This document shows positions 56,641-64,000 of a DNA stretch of 64,000 nucleotides, one piece after another (position 1 is the stretch's first letter; each line of letters begins with the position of its first letter). The DNA comes from Actinomycetota bacterium (GTDB lineage: Bacteria; Actinomycetota; Acidimicrobiia; Spongiisociales; ZC4RG35), in contig JBQTHI010000109.1 in assembly GCA_052390035.1 (NCBI GenBank), positions 1,401-65,400 on the forward strand, in the 5' to 3' direction. Below the pieces are notes generated by a model. The model was not told the DNA's origin and did no database searches. It was given only the letters and a program-made list of their open reading frames with translations. The translations under genes were made by a program, and so were the position numbers.

Positions 56641-57351
56641 ATGGCGAACCTGCGGATAACCCGACTAGGTCATGGGGGGGTGCTGTACAGATCACCCAAG
56701 GACATCTGGGTCTGGGTCGACCGCTGGACCGGCGCCCCCACCTATGCGGCGGCGTACCGCTCGCCGGAACGGGTTGACGTGGTCGCCCCGACCCACGGTC
56801 ATTTCGATCACTGCGGGGATGACCTGGTCGATCTGGTCGAGTTGGCCAGGGTGGACGGAGCGCAGACGATCTGCAGCCACGAGATGAGCGTGTATCTGGC
56901 CGGACGGGGGATCGAAGCGATCGGGATGAACAAGGGTGGTCGGGTAGAGGCGGCGGGCATCGGATTCACGATGGTGCACGCCGACCACACCGGCGGCGCC
57001 ACTCTCACAGGAAGTGATGCCTCGGTTACCCGCGACTTCGGCTGCTGGGGATGGGTTATTGAGTTCGAGGACGGAACCACCGTCTATCAGTCCGGAGACA
57101 CCGACGTCTTTAGTGACATGCGACTGATCGGTGAGCGGTTCCATCCGTCCATCACCGTCCTCCCGATTGGCGGGCACTACACAATGGGTCCGTCCGGAGC
57201 GGCTATGGCGCTCGACTTGATCGGGGCGGCGCAAGTCATCCCGGTCCACTACGGGACCTTTCCGATCCTGGCGGGGACCCCGGCACAACTCCAAGCCAAC
57301 ACCGCGGTCGAGGTGGTCGAGTTGGCGCCGGGTGAAACCTGGTCGGGCTAG
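56641..57351 (+). CDS. MBL-fold metal-dependent hydrolase (UPF0173-like)
   Basis: HGHFDHCGD metal-binding motif. ATG at 56641 follows a perfect AAGGAGGA RBS. The 49-aa upstream extension in the track is discarded. Confidence 0.75.
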   Translation: MANLRITRLGHGGVLYRSPKDIWVWVDRWTGAPTYAAAYRSPERVDVVAPTHGHFDHCGDDLVDLVELARVDGAQTICSHEMSVYLAGRGIEAIGMNKGGRVEAAGIGFTMVHADHTGGATLTGSDASVTRDFGCWGWVIEFEDGTTVYQSGDTDVFSDMRLIGERFHPSITVLPIGGHYTMGPSGAAMALDLIGAAQVIPVHYGTFPILAGTPAQLQANTAVEVVELAPGETWSG

Positions 57352-58337
57352 GCCCTGACCTCTTGTCGCATGAAGGCCACGTAAGCAAACGCAAACAGCA
57401 CCGCGGTCATCGCCACCAGCCCCACGATCTGTGGCCAGACGACCGAAAGGCTCTGGCTCATGGTCAGGTTGGAGAGGATCGCCCGATTGATCTGCTCGAC
57501 GGTGACGAGACCAGTGGTCCGCTCGGTCGGGTCGAGCAGCACCGTTGAGGTCTCCGAATAAAGGGTGAAGGGTGAAACCCGGGAAATCGCCAGCGTGGTG
57601 CCCAAGCCCCCAGTTGCATCGTCCGGTCCGACGAACAGGGCGGCGGCGGCTTGGAAGAGGAAGCCGCCGAACAGGATGACAACCAGCCAGATTCCGACGG
57701 CGAGCATCGCCGAGGTGGCAGCCCGCCGGGCGGTGACCGAAGTGAGGGTGGCCAGGGCCTGCCAGAACCCGACATAGATGATCGCCACCAGAAGCCAGAC
57801 GAACAGTCTGACGATCTCGGTGGCGGTCGGGATCAGACCTAGCCGAAAGATGCCGATCCCGGCCACGAAGGTGGTGAGGGCAATCAACATCAGCGCCACG
57901 ATCGAAAGGCCCCCGACGAACTTGCCGAGAATTACCTCATCGCGGTGGATCGGCTGGGAGAGCAGCCGGGGCAAGGTGCCCTGCGACCGTTCGCCGCTGA
58001 TGGCATCAAACCCGAACATGATGCCGAGCAGAGGAGCAAGGAAGCCGATGAACTCGACCAGTGTCAGCGGGACCTGATCGTTGGTGACGGTGAACAGCTT
58101 GAGAAAGAGGGCGGGAATGCCCTGGGTGTCAAAGGCCACGGCCCTGATCTGGCCGGAGGCAGCGAACACCGCGGCGGCGGCCGCCACCCCGAGTATTCCC
58201 ATCAGTACGAGGAAGCGGGCCGACAGCAGATGATCGGCGAACTCCTTTCGAGCCACCACCCGCCATCCCCTACCAAATCCCTCACGAAATCCGACGGGCG
58301 CCGGAGGAACGTCGGATGAAATCGCCACATCAGACAT
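57348..58337 (-). CDS. ABC-2 family transporter permease
   Basis: 329 aa with 6 TM helices typical of ABC-2 exporters. Overlaps the ATPase gene. Confidence 0.75.
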   Translation of the reverse strand: MSDVAISSDVPPAPVGFREGFGRGWRVVARKEFADHLLSARFLVLMGILGVAAAAAVFAASGQIRAVAFDTQGIPALFLKLFTVTNDQVPLTLVEFIGFLAPLLGIMFGFDAISGERSQGTLPRLLSQPIHRDEVILGKFVGGLSIVALMLIALTTFVAGIGIFRLGLIPTATEIVRLFVWLLVAIIYVGFWQALATLTSVTARRAATSAMLAVGIWLVVILFGGFLFQAAAALFVGPDDATGGLGTTLAISRVSPFTLYSETSTVLLDPTERTTGLVTVEQINRAILSNLTMSQSLSVVWPQIVGLVAMTAVLFAFAYVAFMRQEVRA

Positions 58338-59289
58338 TGGACTCGGCCTCCTCGGTGTGGAAATAGCGGCGGTAGACCTCGTCGAGATCGTCGGACAAAC
58401 GCTTCACGCCATTCAACTGGACGCCGGCACCGACCAATGTGGCCACCAGTTCATTGGTCGCGCCGTGGCTGACCTCGATGATGTAGCTGCGCGGGACCCG
58501 ACCGGGTCCGATCTTGCGGATGAACTGCTTCCCTGACAGCGCCGTTCGCAGTTCGGCGTCGGTCCCGCCCGCTTGCACTTCGACTTCTTCGGGTCCCGAG
58601 CTGTTTCTAGCCAGTTCATGCGGGGTCCCTTGCGCAACGACTTTCCCCCTGACAAAGATCGCCACCCGATCGCAGACCGCCTGTACCTGGTGGAGGAGGT
58701 GGCTGGAGAGAAGGATCGTGACCCTCCGCTCCTCGGCCAACCGGCGAATCAGGGCCAACATTTCCGCCACACCTTCGGGATCGATGGCGGTGGTGGGCTC
58801 ATCGAGGATGAGGACTTCCGGATCCTTGACCAGGGCGTCGGCTATTCCGAGTCTTTGCTTCATGCCCCGCGAGTAGATGCCGGAGTTCACGTCGGCGGCC
58901 TCGGCCAGACCCACCTCGGTGAGCAGGCGCTCGATTCGGTCGTCCGCTTCCCCGGCGGGGATCTGATTCAGCCGGGCGGTAAACTCCAGGTTCTCGCGGC
59001 CAGTCATCCCGTCGTAGAAACCCACCGCATCGGGCAGATACCCGACCCAGCGCTTGACTCCAAGCGGATGACGGGCAGGGTTCATGCCGAGGACCTCAAC
59101 CTGGCCTGAGGTCGGTTCGACCAGCCCGAGGATCATCAGGATGGTGGTGGTTTTGCCCGCCCCGTTGGGGCCGAGCAGCCCGAACACCTCGCCGGCGCGC
59201 AGCCGGAGGTCAAGGTTGTCGACCACCTTCGTATCACCGTACTGCTTGGTCAGCCGGTGGGTGAGAATGCTGGGAACGACGGCGGTCAT
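58330..59289 (-). CDS. ABC transporter ATP-binding protein
   Basis: Walker A GPNGAGKTTT, signature SRGMKQRLGIA, Walker B ILILDEPT. Confidence 0.9.
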   Translation of the reverse strand: MTAVVPSILTHRLTKQYGDTKVVDNLDLRLRAGEVFGLLGPNGAGKTTTILMILGLVEPTSGQVEVLGMNPARHPLGVKRWVGYLPDAVGFYDGMTGRENLEFTARLNQIPAGEADDRIERLLTEVGLAEAADVNSGIYSRGMKQRLGIADALVKDPEVLILDEPTTAIDPEGVAEMLALIRRLAEERRVTILLSSHLLHQVQAVCDRVAIFVRGKVVAQGTPHELARNSSGPEEVEVQAGGTDAELRTALSGKQFIRKIGPGRVPRSYIIEVSHGATNELVATLVGAGVQLNGVKRLSDDLDEVYRRYFHTEEAESNV

Positions 59290-60431
59290 CTGCGCCCGAA
59301 GCGACGGAATACCCAGCCGAGGGCGGCCAGCGTGAGGAGAATTAGCCCGATCCCCACCAGACCACCGAAGGCCGATGGGCTGACGGTCGATCTGATCTCC
59401 ATCGAGGCATCGGTCTCTTCGACCGTCGAGCGGAAGGTGATCTGATAGTCCCCGGCGATCGCATCCCCCGAGGGGGTGATGGTGGCGTTGACGGTGGCGA
59501 AGTCGCCGGGGGCGATAGTGGTGATCACCTCGCTATCGAAGGTCACCTCCCAGCCGGTGGGCGGTATGGCATTGACGGTCACGTTCGTGAGGTCGGCGCT
59601 GCCGCTGTTAACGATCAGAATCGGGAACTGGGTCGGTTGACCGGCCGTGACCTGGGCGTTGAGCCTCTGGTCGGGGGTGGTGAGCTGCATGTCGAAGCTG
59701 CCGGTCACCTGAACCTGGAGGGGTGCCTCGGTGTCGATGCCACCCCCACGGGCGGTAACCCGTAGGTCGTAGAGACCGGCGGCGACGTTGGTGGGAGGGG
59801 TGGCGGTGACGGTGACCCGCCCGTTTGACCCGGAGTCGACGGTGATCGAAGAGGCCTGGGTCTGACCCTGCGGCCGTGCCTCGACCCGCCACCCCACCGG
59901 TCCTTCGGCATCGAGTTCGAGTTGCACCTCGGCGGGTGTGTCGTTCTTGACTTCTACTTGGAAGGTGAAGGTGGCGCTGGCCGGTCCCCGTAGGCCCGGG
60001 GCTTCGGGGGTGAGGGTCACGACGCCGCCGGAGCCTCCCTGGACTGTGACAACCACCGGAAGCGTGATGGTCTCACTCGCTCCCGCCGCTTCGATGGTTA
60101 GGGGGTATTCACCGTCGGCGGTGCCGGTGGGCACAATCACGTCGAGCCGGAGGTCGGGAGCCTCTTCGGGTGCCGTGCTAACCCGGTTGACGACGGACCC
60201 ACTGCCGCGGAAGGTGGCCGTCCACCCGTCGGGGACCCCGTCGACTCCCATGGTCACCGCGGTAGCGATGGTCGCCGAGAGGGTTAGGTCAAAACTGGCG
60301 GTGTCGCCGGGCTCTACGGTCAGGCCGGGATAGGGCGTGTTCATCGTCAACCCGGCGGTCTGGGCCGCTGCCGGCGAGGCGAGCAGAGCCACCAGGCCTG
60401 CGAGCGCGACAGCCACCTTTACCTTGAGCAT
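59286..60431 (-). CDS. Secreted, C-terminally anchored repeat protein (NEW3/DUF11-like Ig-fold repeats) associated with the ABC-2 exporter
   Basis: Signal peptide MLKVKVAVALAGLVALLASPAAAQ after an AGGAGGA RBS (start 60431). Repeated roughly 100-aa beta-rich modules (TVEPGDTASFDLTL..., LTPEAPGLRGPASATFTFQVEV..., VTATPPTNVAAGLYDLRV..., NAQVTAGQPTQFPILIVN...). C-terminal TM helix plus RRFGRR. Confidence 0.6.
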   Translation of the reverse strand: MLKVKVAVALAGLVALLASPAAAQTAGLTMNTPYPGLTVEPGDTASFDLTLSATIATAVTMGVDGVPDGWTATFRGSGSVVNRVSTAPEEAPDLRLDVIVPTGTADGEYPLTIEAAGASETITLPVVVTVQGGSGGVVTLTPEAPGLRGPASATFTFQVEVKNDTPAEVQLELDAEGPVGWRVEARPQGQTQASSITVDSGSNGRVTVTATPPTNVAAGLYDLRVTARGGGIDTEAPLQVQVTGSFDMQLTTPDQRLNAQVTAGQPTQFPILIVNSGSADLTNVTVNAIPPTGWEVTFDSEVITTIAPGDFATVNATITPSGDAIAGDYQITFRSTVEETDASMEIRSTVSPSAFGGLVGIGLILLTLAALGWVFRRFGRR

Positions 60432-60613
60432 CAATCGAATCCTCCTGGGTACTGCTTGGTCAGGTCGGCGGGTCAGGCTGGTCCTTTGGACCGGCGTCCA
60501 GTCCCACCAACTCCTTGATGGTAGGCGGATCACCTAAAACGCCGCTAAACGATTCGAGCTCTCGGAAACGGTTTCCTACCGCTTTCGGTGGGTTGGAGCC
60601 GGCTCGGACCGTG

Positions 60614-61162
60614 TCACCAAACGATGGCGCAGCCGAAGGGTTCGGTGGCGGCGACTGCCGGGGCCTTTCCCGAAAGGAGCTTGGCGATGGCGTGCTCGAG
60701 GTCTGGTGATGTGACGCTTCCGGAGACGCGGGCGTCGTCCACCCGGCCCTGATAAGCCAGCCTCCGTTGATCATCGAATAAGAAGGCGTGGGGGGTGCAG
60801 ATTGCACCGACCGCCCGGGCCAACGCCCCGTCGGCGTCCTTCAGATAGATGTACGGAAACTCCTCGGCCTCGGCGCGTCTGATCATCTCCTCCAGGGAGT
60901 CTCCTGGCGACAGGTGGGGATTGTTGGAGTTGACCGCTATCAGCCGGACACCTTGATCGGCGTATCGACGGTGGAGGGCGGCGAGTCGATCCTGGTAGGC
61001 GCGAACTGTCGGGCAACCGTTGGAGGTAAACACCATCACGAGCAGGCGGTCGTCGGCGAAAGAGGAGAGCGTGTATCGCTTGCCATCGGTCCCGGGCAAC
61101 TCGTCGAAATCCGGGACAGGGGCTCCCGGCTCAAGGGTGAAGGTCGCTGTTTGGGCGTCCAT
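60614..61162 (-). CDS. Thioredoxin-fold redoxin/peroxiredoxin-like protein
   Basis: FTSNGCPTVRA single-Cys redoxin motif. Start at MDAQTATF (61162) after a GAGGA RBS. Confidence 0.6.
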   Translation of the reverse strand: MDAQTATFTLEPGAPVPDFDELPGTDGKRYTLSSFADDRLLVMVFTSNGCPTVRAYQDRLAALHRRYADQGVRLIAVNSNNPHLSPGDSLEEMIRRAEAEEFPYIYLKDADGALARAVGAICTPHAFLFDDQRRLAYQGRVDDARVSGSVTSPDLEHAIAKLLSGKAPAVAATEPFGCAIVW

Positions 61163-61166
61163 TCCT

Positions 61167-61712
61167 CTACTCCGCGAAGCGATCAGGGAACTGTTTGATG
61201 ATCCCATCGGAAAGTACGTCGGCCAGCGTCAAAATCTCAGTAAAGATCTGATCGAAGGCTTCGACATCGGCGTCCCAGTCCTGCTGCATACGGGCCACGG
61301 CTTCATCCTTGGTGAGCTTGAGATGAATCGCCAGGATGTCCACTACATCCTTCTTCGGCCAGTTTGGGTTTGCACTGCTTAGGAGCTCGGCGATCTCCTC
61401 GGCGTTGTGGGTCCATCTCTTGTCATGCACCTCGAACTGCTCGCTTTCCCCGGACTTGGCAGCTTCGATCAGATCGACGGCGATCAGGATGTGCTGTTTC
61501 AAGAGGCCGGTCAGCGCGGTGCCCGCTGCTTCGCCGTAGTAAGGCACTATCGCCCCACCGATGTCCTCCTGATTCTTGAGGAGACGCCCGGCGGCGGTTT
61601 GGGTGTCAGCTGCGTCTCCGACTGCAGCCACCACGTAGTTGCGAGTCCATACCACGTGGTCGGCCCACAACCTCCGCATCGCTCCTTTGAGGGACCAGGT
61701 CTTGTTGCCCAT
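61167..61712 (-). CDS. Hypothetical protein (possibly DinB-like helical bundle)
   Basis: 181 aa. AAGGAG RBS 5 nt before the ATG. Domain not confidently recognised. Confidence 0.45.
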   Translation of the reverse strand: MGNKTWSLKGAMRRLWADHVVWTRNYVVAAVGDAADTQTAAGRLLKNQEDIGGAIVPYYGEAAGTALTGLLKQHILIAVDLIEAAKSGESEQFEVHDKRWTHNAEEIAELLSSANPNWPKKDVVDILAIHLKLTKDEAVARMQQDWDADVEAFDQIFTEILTLADVLSDGIIKQFPDRFAE

Positions 61713-61781
61713 GACTTCTCCTTCTTGTTGCTGACGGTCACTCGCTCGCCGACGACCGTGCCTAGAAGACCCACTATGTCA

Positions 61782-61820
61782 GACAATTTTTCTATTGTCA
61801 ATATAGTTACGCGTTAGAAT
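61782..61820. promoter_or_regulatory. AT-rich bidirectional promoter island
   Basis: Only markedly AT-rich stretch in the window. Plus strand: TTGTCA-14nt-TAGAAT. Minus strand: TTGACA-17nt-CATAGT. Includes a 6-bp inverted repeat GACAAT-6-ATTGTC. Confidence 0.35.
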
Positions 61821-61883
61821 CATGAAGGACCACCCCGGCTGACTATCGCACGGGACCACTAGCGTGGGTGCAGAAGGAGCCGT

Positions 61884-63827
61884 TTGGGTGTGAACCTGGC
61901 GCAGAAGCTGATCGCCTCGCATCTTGTCGAGGGTGAGATGGAGCCCGGCGAGGAGATCGGCATCAGGATCGACCAGACGCTGACCCAAGACGCCACCGGG
62001 ACCCTGGTCATGCTGGAGTTGGAGGCGATGGGTCTCGACCGGGTGAGGACCGAGCTTTCCGCCCAATACGTCGATCACAACCTGATCCAGGAGGACAGCA
62101 AGAACCCCGACGACCACTTGTTCCTGTTCTCCGCCTGCCAGCGTTTTGGCATCTGGTACAGCCGTCCCGGTAACGGCGTCAGCCATCCGGTTCACCAGGA
62201 GCGCTTCGGCATTCCCGGCAAGACGTTGGTCGGTTCGGACAGCCACACTCCGGCGGCCGGGGCGATCGGGATGCTGGCCATCGGGGCCGGGGGCCTGGAG
62301 GTTGCTCTGGCCATGGCCGGGGAGCCCTTCTTCCTGAAGATGCCGGGCGTCTGGGGGATTCGACTGGTGGGGGAGCTGCCCCCCTGGGTGAGCGCCAAAG
62401 ACGTGATCTTGGAGATGTTGCGTCGCCACGGCGTCTCCGAAGCCGTCGGGCAGGTTGTCGAATATTTCGGTCCGGGTCTGGAGGGTCTCTCGGCCATGGA
62501 TCGTCACGTGATCGCCAACATGGGGGCCGAGTTGGGAGCCACCACCACGATCTTTCCTTCGGACGAAACGGTGCGCCGCTTCATGCGCTCTCAGGGTCGG
62601 GAGAAAGATTGGATCGAGCTCTCGCCCGACTCCGACGCCTCCTATGACTTAGAGGACGAGATCGACCTCACCTCCCTCGAACCGCTCGTCGCCCTCCCTA
62701 CCAGCCCGGGCAACGTGGTCCCGGTGCGGGAGGTGGCGGGGGTAGAGATCTACCAGTCCTATGTTGGTTCTTCGGCCAACCCCGGCTACCGCGACTTCGC
62801 GATGGCGGCCGCAATCGTCGAGGGGCGCCAGGTGCATCCGAGAGTGTCTTTCGATGTCAACCCCACTTCCCGCCAGATCCTGGAGAATCTGGTGTCAGAC
62901 GGGCAACTCCTGGCGCTGATTCACGCTGGGGCCCGCATCCACCAGGCGGGGTGCAATGGCTGCATCGGGATGGGCCAGGCGGCCGCCACCGACAAGATCA
63001 GCCTACGTACGGTGCCCCGCAACTTCCCCGGCCGCTCGGGCGTTCGCGAGGACAAGGTTCACCTGGTGAGCCCGGAGACGGCCGCCGCCTCAGCCCTAAC
63101 TGGGGTGATCACCGATCCCCGAACGCTCGACATCGAGTACCCCAGAGTGGTCGACCCCGAGCAGCCCATTCTCAACACCGACATGCTGGTCCCCCCCTTG
63201 GATCCAGGTCATCCCCGAGTTGCCTTGGTGAAGGGCCCCAACATCGCCCCGCTCCCCGAGTTCGACCCACTCCCCGCTCGAATCGAGCTCCCGGTGTTAT
63301 TGAAGGTGGCAGATAACGTCTCCACCGATGCCATCATGCCCGCCGGCGCTCGGGTATTGCCCTACCGGTCCAACATTCCCAAGATCGCCGAGTTCTGCTT
63401 CGAGATGATCGACGAAACCTATCCGGAGCGAGCCAGAGAGATCGCCCATCTTGGGGGCCATCTGGTGGTAGGTGGGACGAACTACGGTCAGGGCTCCAGC
63501 CGTGAGCACGCAGCCATGGCCCCCCGATACCTTGGCCTGCGGGCTGTGCTGGCGGTGAGCTTCGCCCGCATACATTGGCAGAACCTTCCCAACTTTGGGG
63601 TGCTGCCGCTGACGTTCATTGATCAGACCGACTACCACAAGGTCAAGCAGGGCGATGTGCTGATCCTGGAGGCGGTGCGCGAGGCTATCCAGCTGAGCGA
63701 GCAACTGCAGATCCGCAACGCCACTCAGGGCACCGTTTTCCCTGCACGGCACGACCTATCAGCGCGCCAGGTGGAGATTCTCCTCGAAGGTGGCCTAATC
63801 AACTGGATGAAGAGGCGGCTCATCTGA
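61884..63827 (+). CDS. Aconitase-family hydro-lyase (fused catalytic + swivel domains)
   Basis: 647 aa. Aconitase Fe-S ligand regions (GSDSHTPAAGA...; CNGCIGMGQ) and a C-terminal swivel domain. TTG start at 61884 follows a GAAGGAG RBS. Confidence 0.75.
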   Translation: MGVNLAQKLIASHLVEGEMEPGEEIGIRIDQTLTQDATGTLVMLELEAMGLDRVRTELSAQYVDHNLIQEDSKNPDDHLFLFSACQRFGIWYSRPGNGVSHPVHQERFGIPGKTLVGSDSHTPAAGAIGMLAIGAGGLEVALAMAGEPFFLKMPGVWGIRLVGELPPWVSAKDVILEMLRRHGVSEAVGQVVEYFGPGLEGLSAMDRHVIANMGAELGATTTIFPSDETVRRFMRSQGREKDWIELSPDSDASYDLEDEIDLTSLEPLVALPTSPGNVVPVREVAGVEIYQSYVGSSANPGYRDFAMAAAIVEGRQVHPRVSFDVNPTSRQILENLVSDGQLLALIHAGARIHQAGCNGCIGMGQAAATDKISLRTVPRNFPGRSGVREDKVHLVSPETAAASALTGVITDPRTLDIEYPRVVDPEQPILNTDMLVPPLDPGHPRVALVKGPNIAPLPEFDPLPARIELPVLLKVADNVSTDAIMPAGARVLPYRSNIPKIAEFCFEMIDETYPERAREIAHLGGHLVVGGTNYGQGSSREHAAMAPRYLGLRAVLAVSFARIHWQNLPNFGVLPLTFIDQTDYHKVKQGDVLILEAVREAIQLSEQLQIRNATQGTVFPARHDLSARQVEILLEGGLINWMKRRLI

Positions 63828-64000
63828 CAGAGGCAGGAACGACACGTTGGCCGGTGCCTTCGGATGACGCCGATGCGAGGTTGGTGGTCGGCGTCAAACG
63901 AAGACGCCTCGACCCGTGTCAACATTTCGTCGTCAGCAACGCCTACGCTCATCTCGCTGTAGAGGTGACGGTGCCCGAGGCTCGGTGATCGCAACGGCGG

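Noticed and set aside
1-64000. tRNA, rRNA, transposase/integrase or prophage genes
   Set aside because: I inspected all intergenic regions over 60 bp and found no cloverleaf-compatible sequence and no rRNA-like conserved blocks. No ORF resembles a transposase, integrase or phage structural protein.
63828-64000. 89-aa minus-strand ORF at the window end (63725-63994)
   Set aside because: It overlaps the aconitase-family gene's 3' end antisense. Low-complexity translation with no support.

Overview
High-GC (roughly 68-70%) bacterial chromosomal segment, most likely from an actinobacterium. It is densely packed with about 57 protein-coding genes and has no rRNA, tRNA, CRISPR array or transposase/integrase genes. 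Many genes are translationally coupled through ATGA/GTGA stop-start overlaps.

The dominant theme is purine and nitrogen metabolism:
- Three separated purine sub-operons: purF-purM; purC-purS-purQ-purL; purA-purD-purE, plus purB.
- A histidine-utilisation block: hutH divergent from hutU-def-hutF.
- glnA (GSI) with a GlnR-box-like repeat upstream.

Other recognisable genes:
- Two phosphofructokinase paralogs, one with the PPi-type GGDD/PKT signature and one with substitutions at conserved catalytic positions.
- A class III adenylate cyclase with a SHOCT tail, and a stand-alone cNMP-binding protein.
- mmpL-tetR.
- LCP, ROK kinase, an Eis-like GNAT, a second GNAT, and an AlkZ/YcaQ-like glycosylase.
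- A CPA2 antiporter fused to tandem USP domains.
- A hydantoinase A/B + glycolate-oxidase (glcDEF) cluster.
- argS and a fused 2-oxoacid dehydrogenase E1 alpha/beta.
- Two tandem membrane-anchored BNR/Asp-box paralogs.
- Glutaryl-CoA-dehydrogenase-like ACAD, metX, osmC, an MBL-fold hydrolase.
- An ABC-2 exporter with an associated NEW3-repeat surface protein.
- A redoxin and an aconitase-family protein.

The most unusual signal is a canonical peptide-deformylase-family gene wedged between hutU and hutF and coupled to both, exactly where an N-formylglutamate deformylase would be expected.

Other structural oddities:
- A 17-bp x5 tandem repeat bridging the glcE stop and glcF start.
- A 17-bp near-perfect palindrome upstream of glcD.
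- A 14-bp palindrome between osmC and metX.
- A long structured osmC leader.
- A rare AT-rich bidirectional promoter island.

All calls are from reading the six-frame translations and the DNA by eye. No database searches were run.
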